Positions 1 through 9,374 of a DNA stretch of 64,000 bases are shown here, piece by piece. The notes under the pieces are model-generated. The model searched no databases, had not been told where the DNA came from, and saw only the letters and a list, made by a program, of their open reading frames with translations. Location: NCBI GenBank assembly GCA_963700985.1, contig OY969554.1:672001-736000 (forward strand). Reading direction: 5' to 3'. The stretch comes from an uncultured Chlamydiales bacterium. Its GTDB lineage: Bacteria; Chlamydiota; Chlamydiia; Chlamydiales; Rhabdochlamydiaceae. Within the stretch, counting starts at the first letter, position 1, and each line of letters opens with the position of its first letter. The translations under genes and the position numbers were made by a program.

Positions 1-84
1 TCATAAATCCCCTGAATTAATTTAAGTAAAATTATAATTAAACCCCTTATTTAATTACAGAGAATAAGACTGCAACTACTTATT

Positions 85-999
85 TTAGAAATTGGATTGT
101 TTCAGAATTTTGATGCGCTCAGCATAGATTAGCTTCAGCCAATAATCCAGGTTCATACGGTCGAAATTGTAGCTTTGCTGACTCATTTCAGAGTATTTCT
201 GCTCAAGAAACTCTTCGGTAACCTCTCGCCAGTCTTTTATGATTACTACTGGTAGATCTTGAAAAAGACTATCTGAGGCTGAAGTTTTTACGATGGGAAT
301 TGATCTCATGCAAATTGATTCCCAAACACGGTGACAATCTAGACCATTTCCCCGCGGACACAACACAAATTTGGCTTCCGCGAGATCTTTCAAATACTCA
401 CGATAAGGCTTTCGAGAAGAAGTCACACAAAAAGGCTTATCTTTAAATAGCGCATAGACTTTTCCTCTCTCTGTCGGGTGCGTATTTATCGAAAAGTTGT
501 TATAGAGCAGCATGGTTTTAGCGCATCCAGCCCACTTCTTGCGCGCCTCAGTCACAACCGTAAGATCTCCATTGCTATACTGCCGATTTTCAAAACCGAC
601 AGGCAGCGGATGAAGCTTTGGATGCACGTAACCATCTACATTGTGTCCAAACCAGGCTCCAACTTTAGGATGCAAAAGATAGGATACGAATTTCCCAGGA
701 ATGGAAAAAACGCTGTTATGCGTAATCAGAATGTATTTATGGCGAATCTTTGGGTGGTATTTTTTGAAGAAGCGTTCGAGCTGTTCTGTCTTCACAAAAA
801 TCAGATCGCCCTCTTTTATCAGGCTACAATCCAAAACATCGCTCGATCTCTCGAGAATGAAGTCACATTGCGCACGAAAGGCGTCTCCGGTTACATAAGG
901 TGGACTTGGCCTGCGATCGACCTGCTTCGAGGGTTTTGCCCCCGCGCAAAGAATACATGCACAAATAAGAAAAAGAGTTCGTAACAGTGACGGTTTAAT
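85..999 (-). CDS. Exostosin/GT47-like glycosyltransferase-family protein with probable signal peptide; start extended to ATT at 999 (ORF track starts at TTG 834)
   Basis: FVLCPRGNGLDCHRVWES exostosin-type motif; frame open upstream of 834 through PPYVTGDAFRAQCDF and a hydrophobic leader; GAGGTG SD 5 nt before ATT. Confidence 0.65.
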   Translation of the reverse strand: MKPSLLRTLFLICACILCAGAKPSKQVDRRPSPPYVTGDAFRAQCDFILERSSDVLDCSLIKEGDLIFVKTEQLERFFKKYHPKIRHKYILITHNSVFSIPGKFVSYLLHPKVGAWFGHNVDGYVHPKLHPLPVGFENRQYSNGDLTVVTEARKKWAGCAKTMLLYNNFSINTHPTERGKVYALFKDKPFCVTSSRKPYREYLKDLAEAKFVLCPRGNGLDCHRVWESICMRSIPIVKTSASDSLFQDLPVVIIKDWREVTEEFLEQKYSEMSQQSYNFDRMNLDYWLKLIYAERIKILKQSNF

Positions 1000-1008
1000 A
1001 AAAGCACC

Positions 1009-2019
1009 TCAAAAACTGAAAAATATACCTGCAAAAAGACCATGCTGTAAAGCATTGCCACTTGTAGTTAGTTTGCGTTTGTGAGACTCGAGTGACTTTG
1101 AAAGCTGCTCGGGAGCCAGTGCCACCCCGGCAAGATAGATCATCTGATAACCCGTACGGATGTTGAAATGCGAAGTCACCCGAAATCCGAATGAGGCCAA
1201 AATATCGGCTAAGAAAGCGCAGGTCCATCCATGCTTTGTATAATGTTTAAGCACGATCGTGTTGTTATCATCGCCCAAGAACGTTTTCTGTTCACAGCGA
1301 TCGGCCAGAGGCCCAAATTTGGCCGTGAAGTTCCAGTTGATCTGCTTCGTGGGGTTCATCTCTAAACAGCCGCCGATCTGCGGACCGCCCAGGATGTTGC
1401 GTGCGCGGATGCGGTAGTCACTTTCATCCAGCCCTGTTTTAAAGGCGAGTTTGAGCTTTTCATTGAGATGGATGTAGCGCAAACCGAGAATCCACGAATA
1501 AGAGAAAAAGTCTACTTTGCGTGGCGTGACATCCCGCCAGAAGTTGACTTCAGCACTATAAAAATGTGATTTATAGATCGCATCGGCTTCATCCGCATTG
1601 CGATAGTCGACCGTAGATGTGTAATTATAGAAAGGAAAGCTGAGAGAAGCATTGCCATGCTTTTTATCGTGTCCTTGCCACTCGTTTAAATAGAGAAAGC
1701 TACCTTCTAAAGACCAGCGCGAATTGGGCTGATAGGCTAAACCTACGCGATAACCCGGTTCAAAACTGAAGTCATGTAAAAGGTTCTTCGACGTAAGTAC
1801 GCGCCTTTCATCACAAGGGCAACCTTTACCTGGATCGTAACGATCGACAAGTGTGCGGCTGTGTAGCTCCGTCCTGCGCATGTACACAAACTCAGTCAGA
1901 ATCGACCAGTGATAACCCACGCCCAAATCATCATGAGCTGATAGCGATGTCGTAGCTACAAGTGAGAGTGCAGAAGCTAATAAAAATTTTCTATGCATAG
2001 TGCGAGTATAAGCACACAT
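1009..2019 (-). CDS. Outer-membrane beta-barrel protein (BBP7/Lpg1974-like)
   Basis: Signal peptide, EFVYMRR and FEPGYRVGL segments, alternating beta-strand pattern, C-terminal Phe; true start may be the second Met (MHRKF). Confidence 0.65.
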   Translation of the reverse strand: MCAYTRTMHRKFLLASALSLVATTSLSAHDDLGVGYHWSILTEFVYMRRTELHSRTLVDRYDPGKGCPCDERRVLTSKNLLHDFSFEPGYRVGLAYQPNSRWSLEGSFLYLNEWQGHDKKHGNASLSFPFYNYTSTVDYRNADEADAIYKSHFYSAEVNFWRDVTPRKVDFFSYSWILGLRYIHLNEKLKLAFKTGLDESDYRIRARNILGGPQIGGCLEMNPTKQINWNFTAKFGPLADRCEQKTFLGDDNNTIVLKHYTKHGWTCAFLADILASFGFRVTSHFNIRTGYQMIYLAGVALAPEQLSKSLESHKRKLTTSGNALQHGLFAGIFFSF

Positions 2020-2225
2020 GCTAAAAAATTGGAGCAGTTTTTTATAAGGAATTATTCTTGCATCGGAAAAAGATGCAGGAAGTTCGACTTCTCTCCATAA
2101 ATTTTCTCGCTAAGTATAACATTGGAATCGAAAAAAGCAACTTCTGCTCAGACCTTTTGGCTTCAATTTTTTTAGTGCTTTTGTAGAATTGAACCAGCAA
2201 AAATTAATGCAACGGATCGATCAAT

Positions 2226-2789
2226 ATGAAAAACATTCGAGTAATTCTAATTCATGGAAACTGCGGCAGCAAGCCTACTGACAACTGGTTTCCCTACGTT
2301 AAAATGGAACTAGAAAGGATGGAGATTGAGGTGATAGCGCCTCAGTTTCCTGATGCTGATTTAGCTCGTAGTTCCTATTGGATCCCCTTTCTTAAAAATG
2401 AGCTAAAGGCCGACGAGAACACCATTATTATCGGACACTCTTCGGGCGCTATAGCTGCGATGCGTTTTGCTGAAAAAAACAGAATCTTTGGATCTATCTT
2501 GATCGGAGCCTACCACACTGATCTAGGCTATGAAAAAGAGAAGTTGAGTGGATATTTTGATGAGCCATGGAATTGGGATGCCATTAAAAACAATCAAAAT
2601 TGGATCATTCAATTTGCCTCTACAGATGACCCTTGGATTCCTATAGCTGAACCTCGCTTTGTTCGTGATCAACTAAATACAGAATACCACGAGTTTCAAG
2701 ATCAAGGACATTTTGGTGGAGACTACAATAAGCGCACCTTCCCAGAAGTTGTAGCAGAGCTGCAGCAGAAAATGATCATTAGAAAATAA
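2226..2789 (+). CDS. RBBP9/YdeN-family alpha/beta serine hydrolase
   Basis: ILIHGN, NWFPY, GHSSG nucleophile elbow, STDDPWIP, GHF. Confidence 0.9.
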   Translation: MKNIRVILIHGNCGSKPTDNWFPYVKMELERMEIEVIAPQFPDADLARSSYWIPFLKNELKADENTIIIGHSSGAIAAMRFAEKNRIFGSILIGAYHTDLGYEKEKLSGYFDEPWNWDAIKNNQNWIIQFASTDDPWIPIAEPRFVRDQLNTEYHEFQDQGHFGGDYNKRTFPEVVAELQQKMIIRK

Positions 2790-2798
2790 GGTGGAATT

Positions 2799-3038
2799 GT
2801 GTATCAAACATGCTTTAGATCTTTCCTTGTTTTTTTATTTTTTTTGAATGGGGGTATCTTGGCAGACACCGACATGGAAAAAATGGATAGTCAGACACGC
2901 GTTTTTTTGGAACGTATTAATTCCACTAATGAACCGGAACTCGAAGCAGAATCGATAGAAGAAATGGATATATGTAAAAAAGCCATGGCAGATATAGCCC
3001 AATTCTTAAGAACCTATCCTAATAAAGCTTCTGGTTGA
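2799..3038 (+). pseudogene. Probable internally deleted HSL-type esterase remnant with signal peptide
   Basis: MDSQTRVFLERINS..PELE resembles an HSL esterase N-cap and is joined directly to KAMADIAQFLR, resembling the C-terminal helix; no catalytic core. Confidence 0.35.
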
Positions 3039-3151
3039 GATTTCAGAATGATTTGAGGTGAATTTTGAAGCACCGACTGAAGACAATATTGGGATTAATA
3101 TGGCTGAAGGAGGTACTTCAAAAAGAATAATGGATCATTGATAGAGGTTTT

Positions 3152-3787
3152 TTATTTTTCAGCCTCGCGGAATTGTTTTTCGATGCGCGCGGTGGTTCTG
3201 CGCAAGGTGCTTTCTACATCGATATTGTTTTGGCTCGCCTTGCAAATAAGCTGCACGAGTTCATTTGCGATCTCATCTTCGGCCGATGCTTTCGCTTCTT
3301 TCTGTGATAAAAAGAAAGCTGGATTTTTGCGCACAATTTTACCGATCATTTTTTGTGCTTTTGCAACAATTGGCAGTGTTTCGGGAATGCCGTCGAGCGC
3401 GCTTTTTCGATCTTTATGCGCTTTTTCTTCTAATTTTCTTATTTCCCATTCTTTAATCACTTCCTCCGGGGTATTAGCCGTGGTGTCTCCAAAAACATGG
3501 GGATGGCGGTGGATGAGCTTTGCTAGCACTTTTTCGATCACCTCTTGAATCGTAAAGCGTTTATCGCGCTGCGCGATCTTGCAATAGAAAATGATCGTAT
3601 AGAGCAGGTCGCCTAACTCCTCTACAATCTTCTCATCATCTTGGGCATCTACTGCCTCGAGAACTTCGTGCATCTCTTCGAGAAGATAGGGTTGGAGCGT
3701 TAAAAAGGTCTGTGTTCTATCCCAAGGACAGCCATCCGGGCCATTCAATCGTTCGGCAATTTTGAGCAGTTCATCAAAAACATGCAT
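3152..3787 (-). CDS. mazG: MazG-family nucleoside triphosphate pyrophosphohydrolase
   Basis: GCPWDRTQT, LLEEMHEVLEA, EELGDLL, KLIHRHPHVFG. Confidence 0.92.
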   Translation of the reverse strand: MHVFDELLKIAERLNGPDGCPWDRTQTFLTLQPYLLEEMHEVLEAVDAQDDEKIVEELGDLLYTIIFYCKIAQRDKRFTIQEVIEKVLAKLIHRHPHVFGDTTANTPEEVIKEWEIRKLEEKAHKDRKSALDGIPETLPIVAKAQKMIGKIVRKNPAFFLSQKEAKASAEDEIANELVQLICKASQNNIDVESTLRRTTARIEKQFREAEK

Positions 3788-3861
3788 AATTTTTTTAATA
3801 CCCTGTTAGCTAAGATGAGGAAAATCTGTTATAATGCAGAAAACAGTGTACCAAGGGCGTC

Positions 3862-4971
3862 ATGCAGAAAAAAGGTTTTTTTGTAGCTTCAACCGGTCAG
3901 CATGTGGGTAAGACAACCACCTGCCTCGGGTTAATTTCAGGTTTAAGAAAACGTTTTTCCAGCGTGGGTTTCATCAAGCCTGTCGGCCAAGAGCAGATGG
4001 AAACTGCATGCGGCCAGATGGTGGATAAAGATGTGATTCTCTTTAAGGAACACTTCAATCTTAAGGCCTCTTATGAAGATATGAGTCCGGTGCTTCTACC
4101 TCAGGGTTTTACACGCGATTTTCTCGATGGCGAGATCGATGCAGAAAAGCTTGGACTACGTATCAAGTCTGCCTTTGATAAGATCCAACACGAGAATAAC
4201 TTCACGGTGGTTGAAGGCACGGGCCACATCAGCGTGGGCTCGATTATTAACATGAATAACGCCCAGGTTGCCGCTCTCTTGAAGCTTCCAGTTATTTTAG
4301 TAGCTCCAGGTGGCGTAGGCTCCTCTTTCGACCAGCTGGCTCTGAATAAAGCTGTATGTGACAAATATGGTGTGAGAATCGCTGGAGTGATCTTAAATCG
4401 CGTGCTTCCCGATAAACGCGAGATGATCACCACCTACATGACGCGTGCGCTCAGCCGCTGGAATATCCCCCTGATTGGCTGCATCCCTTATGATTCCTTT
4501 CTTTCTGAGCCATCGATGAAAGATTTCGAGCAGCTCTTCGGCACGCCGCTGCTCACGGGAGAAGATGCACGGATGCGTCATTTTCGGCAGACACGTCTGG
4601 TGGCCACCTCGCTTGAAACGTATCGCGATCTAATCGAGCACAACCAATTAATCATTACGCCCGCTGCACGCGAAGATATCATTCAGGCGACCCTGCAAAG
4701 ACATTGGGAAATTAAGATGGCCTCGCCACACGATGATTTAGAAACGGGCATGATTTTAACTGGCGATATTCCCCCTTCACACATTCTATTAGAAGAGATT
4801 AGACACGCGAACATCCCGATGCTTTACACACCTGTAAGCACTTATTCGGCAATGAAGATGATCACTTCTTTTACTGCTAAAATTCGCAATGAAGATGTTC
4901 AGAAGGTAAGCGAGGCCATTTCGGTCGTTGAATCGCACATCGACTTCGAGCGTTTAATTGACGTGCTGTAG
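3862..4971 (+). CDS. BioD-like (AAA_26) P-loop plus DRTGG-domain protein, like the phosphotransacetylase N-terminus
   Basis: STGQHVGKTT, GFIKPVGQ, VVEGTGH, GVILNRV; C-terminal DRTGG-like domain. Confidence 0.85.
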   Translation: MQKKGFFVASTGQHVGKTTTCLGLISGLRKRFSSVGFIKPVGQEQMETACGQMVDKDVILFKEHFNLKASYEDMSPVLLPQGFTRDFLDGEIDAEKLGLRIKSAFDKIQHENNFTVVEGTGHISVGSIINMNNAQVAALLKLPVILVAPGGVGSSFDQLALNKAVCDKYGVRIAGVILNRVLPDKREMITTYMTRALSRWNIPLIGCIPYDSFLSEPSMKDFEQLFGTPLLTGEDARMRHFRQTRLVATSLETYRDLIEHNQLIITPAAREDIIQATLQRHWEIKMASPHDDLETGMILTGDIPPSHILLEEIRHANIPMLYTPVSTYSAMKMITSFTAKIRNEDVQKVSEAISVVESHIDFERLIDVL

Positions 4972-6035
4972 ATCTTGCTCCACCAATCTGAAAAGCTTTT
5001 AAAAACCTCTTCATGATCGAGATTACGGATGCATGCACCCGTAGAACATGTACGCAGAATTGCGCAGCGCTTAGTAAAGGTGCGCCCATAAGGACAGCTC
5101 CCCTGAAACGTGCCATGTAGCACCCCTTCTGGCTTATAAAAAGCTGAAGAGGAAGAGCCGAAAATACTAAAGCTGGGTGTAGCGGTGGTGCCGCATAAAT
5201 GCAGCGCTGCCGAATCTACGGCTAGAACACCTTGCACATGCGCCATAAGCGCTTGCCAGAGATTTAAGCTAAGCCGCCCAACACTCATACTATTATCAGG
5301 AAAAAAAGCGTGAAAAGCCTCTGCAATTTTCTGTTCTTCAGCATCTCCCCAGATGAATAGAAATGCGACTTTAAAGTCGTGATCTATTCTCTTTAGAAGC
5401 TCCACTAAAGTTTCTTCTTTGAGCTGCTTATTTTTCCATTTTGAACCAAAACAGATCATCAGAAGTGCCGTATTAGAGAGCGCAGGCTCTTGAAGGATGG
5501 CGCCTAAACGCTGCTCCTCTGTTTGGGAAATTTCAAGTTCCACTGGCACCAGGTCAATAGCCTTATGCGTTTCTTGAAGATGGCTTTGAACTAGATGCAG
5601 ATATCTTTTGCGCACACTAAGCTCAGGTGGCACAAAATAGTGATGTGTGGTGGCGAGTAAGTTAGGTTTTTCTGGCACGCATTTCCAGTTAAAGCCCACT
5701 TTTGCATCTGCTTTGGCTAAAAGCGTGATAAGCCCCGACTTGCTATTTCCTTGCAGATCCACCAGCAGATCATATTTTTGCTGCCGAAACTCTTTAACGA
5801 ATTTAGAGATCTCTTGACGTGTCTTGGAAGCCATGAGGGTTTTGCGCCATGCACGCGTATCTACGACCCACACGCGATTTAGCCTTGGATGCGCACGCAA
5901 GAGATCAGCGCAGCTCTTTTCCACCACCCAATCGATCCGTGCATCGGGAAAGCGCTGCCTTAAATAGTCTAAGACCGGGAAGGTGTGAATTACATCACCG
6001 ATCGAAGAGGTCTTAACAATTAGAATAGACTTCAT
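4899..6035 (-). CDS. GT9 lipopolysaccharide heptosyltransferase (WaaC-like)
   Basis: ILIVKTSSIGDVIHTFP, IDWVVE, YDLLVDLQG, VDSAALHL. Confidence 0.85.
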   Translation of the reverse strand: MKSILIVKTSSIGDVIHTFPVLDYLRQRFPDARIDWVVEKSCADLLRAHPRLNRVWVVDTRAWRKTLMASKTRQEISKFVKEFRQQKYDLLVDLQGNSKSGLITLLAKADAKVGFNWKCVPEKPNLLATTHHYFVPPELSVRKRYLHLVQSHLQETHKAIDLVPVELEISQTEEQRLGAILQEPALSNTALLMICFGSKWKNKQLKEETLVELLKRIDHDFKVAFLFIWGDAEEQKIAEAFHAFFPDNSMSVGRLSLNLWQALMAHVQGVLAVDSAALHLCGTTATPSFSIFGSSSSAFYKPEGVLHGTFQGSCPYGRTFTKRCAILRTCSTGACIRNLDHEEVFKSFSDWWSKIYSTSIKRSKSMCDSTTEMASLTF

Positions 6036-6037
6036 TT

Positions 6038-6919
6038 TTAAAGCTTTAAAAGCTTGGTGAATTCTATAAAATCTTGAGGAAGTGGAGCCTTAATCTCAAT
6101 CACTTTCTGAAGGATAGGGTGAGTAAAACGTAGGATATAGGCATGTAAAAGCTGACGTTTAGGCTTGAGTCGACAAGTAAAATGTTTACCGTATTGAAAA
6201 TCCCCCAGAATAGGATGGCCTAGTTCACTTAAATGCACACGCAGCTGATGCGTACGACCTGTAATAGGCTGGCAACGTAGCAATGAGGCCTCTTTGCCCA
6301 CTTTTAAACGCTTCCAGAAAGTAAGCGCAAATTCTTGCTTTTTGCCTTTACGTTTTGAGCCCCAAATGCTCTGTCCTGCTACCAGGGCCTTTTTTACGAG
6401 ATAGCTCTGCACTTTGCCGTCCGTTTCTTCAACTTTACCATCCACAATCGCCTCGTAGATCTTAATAATGCTTTTGGTGCGGAAAAGCTCTACAAAAGCC
6501 TCTTTATCGGCGGCAGATTTGGCAATCATCAGCGCTCCGGAAGTCTCTTTATCCAGGCGATGGATGAGCAAGAGTTTCCCAAGATATTTAGGAAAAAGAG
6601 CGTTGATGCGCGCATCTTCACAGACAAGGCCCGGGGGCTTATCTACGATCATTAAATGGTCATCTTCATAGAGAATTGGGCAGGTAAAAGTGCGTGTAGG
6701 AGTAAGCTCTTTAAGTTCGGTGAGATCTAATTCAACTAGATCGCCTTCTTTAAGCGTATATGTAGAAATGCGTTGAACCTTTCCATTGACGTAGCAGCGC
6801 TTATAATCAATTGCGCGCTTTAAGAGTTTGACAGCATGAACCCCGCGATCTTTATCGCGCAAAAACGCAAGCAGCTTTTTGCGCGCGTCAACTGCAGAGA
6901 TGCGCCATTTTCTTTTCAT
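6038..6919 (-). CDS. RluA-family pseudouridine synthase with S4-like N-terminus
   Basis: VDKPPGL, HRLDKETSG, TGRTHQLRVH, HPILGDFQY, LLHA. Confidence 0.93.
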   Translation of the reverse strand: MKRKWRISAVDARKKLLAFLRDKDRGVHAVKLLKRAIDYKRCYVNGKVQRISTYTLKEGDLVELDLTELKELTPTRTFTCPILYEDDHLMIVDKPPGLVCEDARINALFPKYLGKLLLIHRLDKETSGALMIAKSAADKEAFVELFRTKSIIKIYEAIVDGKVEETDGKVQSYLVKKALVAGQSIWGSKRKGKKQEFALTFWKRLKVGKEASLLRCQPITGRTHQLRVHLSELGHPILGDFQYGKHFTCRLKPKRQLLHAYILRFTHPILQKVIEIKAPLPQDFIEFTKLLKL

Positions 6920-8409
6920 TAGGTTTTAAGATGCTGCAAGAATTCGATTAGCAGACGCACGCCCATTCCTGTAGCATGCAGGGGCTGATAAGCTTTATTG
7001 AGATCTGAAAGATAAGCCGTACCCGCAATGTCTAAATGTGCCCAGGGCATATCCCCTTTTATAAACTGCTGCAGAAATAGCGCAGCAGTGATCGAGCCAC
7101 CTTTGCGGCCACCTGAATTCTTCAAGTCAGCAATTGGAGATTTAAGGGCATCTTTATATTCGGGATAAAGAGGAAGTCTCCAGAGTCTTTCAAAAGTTTT
7201 CTCGCCCGCTTGAGTCAGCGCATCTGCTAGCTTATCATTGTTGCTGAAAAGGCCTGTGACCTCTTCACCCAGAGTGATCACAATCGCGCCAGTTAACGTA
7301 GCCAGGTCGATCATTCGATTAACAGAATAGTTGCTTTGGATATACGAAAAAGCATCCGCTAGAACTAACCTGCCTTCAGCATCCGTGTTAGAGATCTCAA
7401 CGCTTTTGCCGCTGTGGCTAAAATAGACATCGCCCGGCTTGAAGCTGTTTGGGCCCATCGAGTTTTCAGCTGCAGCAATCACGCCCAGGATATTCTTCTT
7501 AAGTTTCAAAGAAGCCGCAGCGCGCATTGTACCAAGCACAGCCGCAGCGCCAGCCATATCATCTTTCATGGTTTCAATACTGCCTGTGGGCTTAAGGTTC
7601 AACCCACCTGTATCAAAACTGATGCCTTTGCCAACCAGTGCAGTCGTGTCTTTAGATTTAGGATCGCCGCGATACTCAATGATGATGAGCGCAGGATCTT
7701 GGGCTGCCCCGCGATTAACGGCGAGAAGAAGCCCCATTTTCTCTTTTTCTAATTCTTTTTTACCTAGCACGGTAGTTTTAACTGCTGAAAACTCTTTGGC
7801 CAAGTCTTTGGCAGTTTGGGCCAACATTTGAGCGTTGACCTCATCAGCATTACTATTCACTAGATCGCGTGCTAATTGGACGGAAGAAATGATGGTAGTG
7901 CTTTTCTGGATCTCTTCGAAACAGCCCTTGTCTGCACCGATATAGCAGCAGCTTTCAATCAAAGGCTCTTTCTCATCAGGATTAACCGGCTTTCTATATG
8001 CCATAAAAGCGTAGTTAGCTAACTGGAGGCCCTCCGTAATGGCTCGGCAAAGGTGCTGTTTTTCCATTTCGCTAACCGGCAGAATTAGGTTGAGGCTCGT
8101 GCATTTTTTGCGTCGAGCTGCACGGAGTGCCATCGCATAGCTGCGCCTTAGAGTTTCAGCCTTAAGCTCAGATGGCTTTCCTAAACCTAATAACATCACT
8201 CTCTTTTCAGTTGAGCGCGCTGGATAAAGAAACATCGTCTCCTTCTCTTTCCCACGAAAATCCCCCGCATCTACGGGTAGGCTGGCCAAACTTGCTAGCT
8301 GCCGCTCTTTAAAAGCGGGTTCAGCTTTCTTCTTTCCTTCCCAAAAAGGCAGGATGAGTATGTCAGCTTTTTTTCTCGAATTAATCGAGCTTACAACCGT
8401 AGAGCGCAT
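6919..8409 (-). CDS. pepA: Leucyl aminopeptidase (M17)
   Basis: VGKGISFDTGG, MKDDMAGAA, NTDAEGRLVLAD, DLATLTGA, WAHLDIAG. Confidence 0.96.
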   Translation of the reverse strand: MRSTVVSSINSRKKADILILPFWEGKKKAEPAFKERQLASLASLPVDAGDFRGKEKETMFLYPARSTEKRVMLLGLGKPSELKAETLRRSYAMALRAARRKKCTSLNLILPVSEMEKQHLCRAITEGLQLANYAFMAYRKPVNPDEKEPLIESCCYIGADKGCFEEIQKSTTIISSVQLARDLVNSNADEVNAQMLAQTAKDLAKEFSAVKTTVLGKKELEKEKMGLLLAVNRGAAQDPALIIIEYRGDPKSKDTTALVGKGISFDTGGLNLKPTGSIETMKDDMAGAAAVLGTMRAAASLKLKKNILGVIAAAENSMGPNSFKPGDVYFSHSGKSVEISNTDAEGRLVLADAFSYIQSNYSVNRMIDLATLTGAIVITLGEEVTGLFSNNDKLADALTQAGEKTFERLWRLPLYPEYKDALKSPIADLKNSGGRKGGSITAALFLQQFIKGDMPWAHLDIAGTAYLSDLNKAYQPLHATGMGVRLLIEFLQHLKT

Positions 8410-8425
8410 GTTTTATCCTCGTTGA

Positions 8426-8872
8426 TCAGAAAGGAATTTCGTCTTCAATAAAGGCAGGGTCTTCTTTCCCCTGTCCAAAGGCAGGCTGCTCGCTTGCAAC
8501 GCCAGCATGCATCATCTCACCAGAGTTTCCTCTATTGTTGTCAGAAGGATTGCCATCTGGTCTACCAAAAGGACTAAACATTAAGTTTAAGGCGGTGATG
8601 TTCATCGAAACTTGAGGACGACCATCGCGATCAGTAAAGATCTCTGGTTTGCTCAGTTCGCCGAGCACAATAATCGGGCTGCCTTTTTTTAAATAAGCAA
8701 TCATCTTATCGAACTGCTCACCCCAAACTGTCACGCGCCACCAAATCGTCTCATCTTTCGAACCGCGACGTGCCTTTGCGGCTACGCGAATAGTGGTAAC
8801 TTTCTGACCAGAAGAGGTAAAACGCACTTCTGGATCGGCACCTAAATGCCCTGCAATTGTGATCTGGTTCAT
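8426..8872 (-). CDS. ssb: Single-stranded DNA-binding protein
   Basis: GHLGADPEVRFT OB fold; acidic EDEIPF tail. Confidence 0.95.
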   Translation of the reverse strand: MNQITIAGHLGADPEVRFTSSGQKVTTIRVAAKARRGSKDETIWWRVTVWGEQFDKMIAYLKKGSPIIVLGELSKPEIFTDRDGRPQVSMNITALNLMFSPFGRPDGNPSDNNRGNSGEMMHAGVASEQPAFGQGKEDPAFIEDEIPF

Positions 8873-8990
8873 TCTTCAACTCCATGTAACTTGTGTCACT
8901 GGTTTAAAAGTAACATAACTAAATTCGCAATTGCCAGCAAAAAACTTCACATGCTAGATTTAACCAATATTTCAAATAGTGAGATGATCC

Positions 8991-9374
8991 ATGCAAAAGA
9001 TTGAAGCCGCAGATGCTCCCAAAGCCATTGGCCCCTATTCTCATGCTGTAAAAGCCGGAGATTTTCTCTTTGTGTCCGGGCAGCTTCCGCTAAACCCAAA
9101 AACTGGCCAGCTCGCACCTGCCACAATTCAAGAACAGACGCACCAAGTGCTCGCAAACATAGAAGCGATTTTAATTGCAGCTGGCCTTACATGGAAAAAT
9201 GTCGTACGCGCGGAAGTCTTCTTAAAAGACATGCAGGATTTTAAAGAAATGAATGCAATCTATGCAGAGAAATTCCCTCACGAAATTAAACCTGCTCGTC
9301 AGGCCTTCCAGGTAGCCAAACTTCCCATGGATGCCCTCGTCGAGATCTCTTGCATCGCCTACACCGGTTTTTAG
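8991..9374 (+). CDS. ridA: RidA-family reactive-intermediate deaminase
   Basis: APKAIGPYSHA, FVSGQLP, PAR, LVEISCIA. Confidence 0.93.
   Translation: MQKIEAADAPKAIGPYSHAVKAGDFLFVSGQLPLNPKTGQLAPATIQEQTHQVLANIEAILIAAGLTWKNVVRAEVFLKDMQDFKEMNAIYAEKFPHEIKPARQAFQVAKLPMDALVEISCIAYTGF

Noticed and set aside
478-984. Plus-strand 168-aa ORF and the many other short ORFs overlapping confident genes
   Set aside because: Antisense or alternate-frame shadows of motif-supported genes, with no motifs of their own
1009-1011. UGA read-through or selenocysteine fusion of the barrel gene to the glycosyltransferase
   Set aside because: The barrel ends in the expected C-terminal Phe, and the downstream frame has its own SD and signal peptide; separate initiation is simpler
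4899-4971. 73-bp convergent overlap of the DRTGG and GT9 genes
   Set aside because: Looks like ordinary stop-codon drift of the GT9 tail; no sign of function
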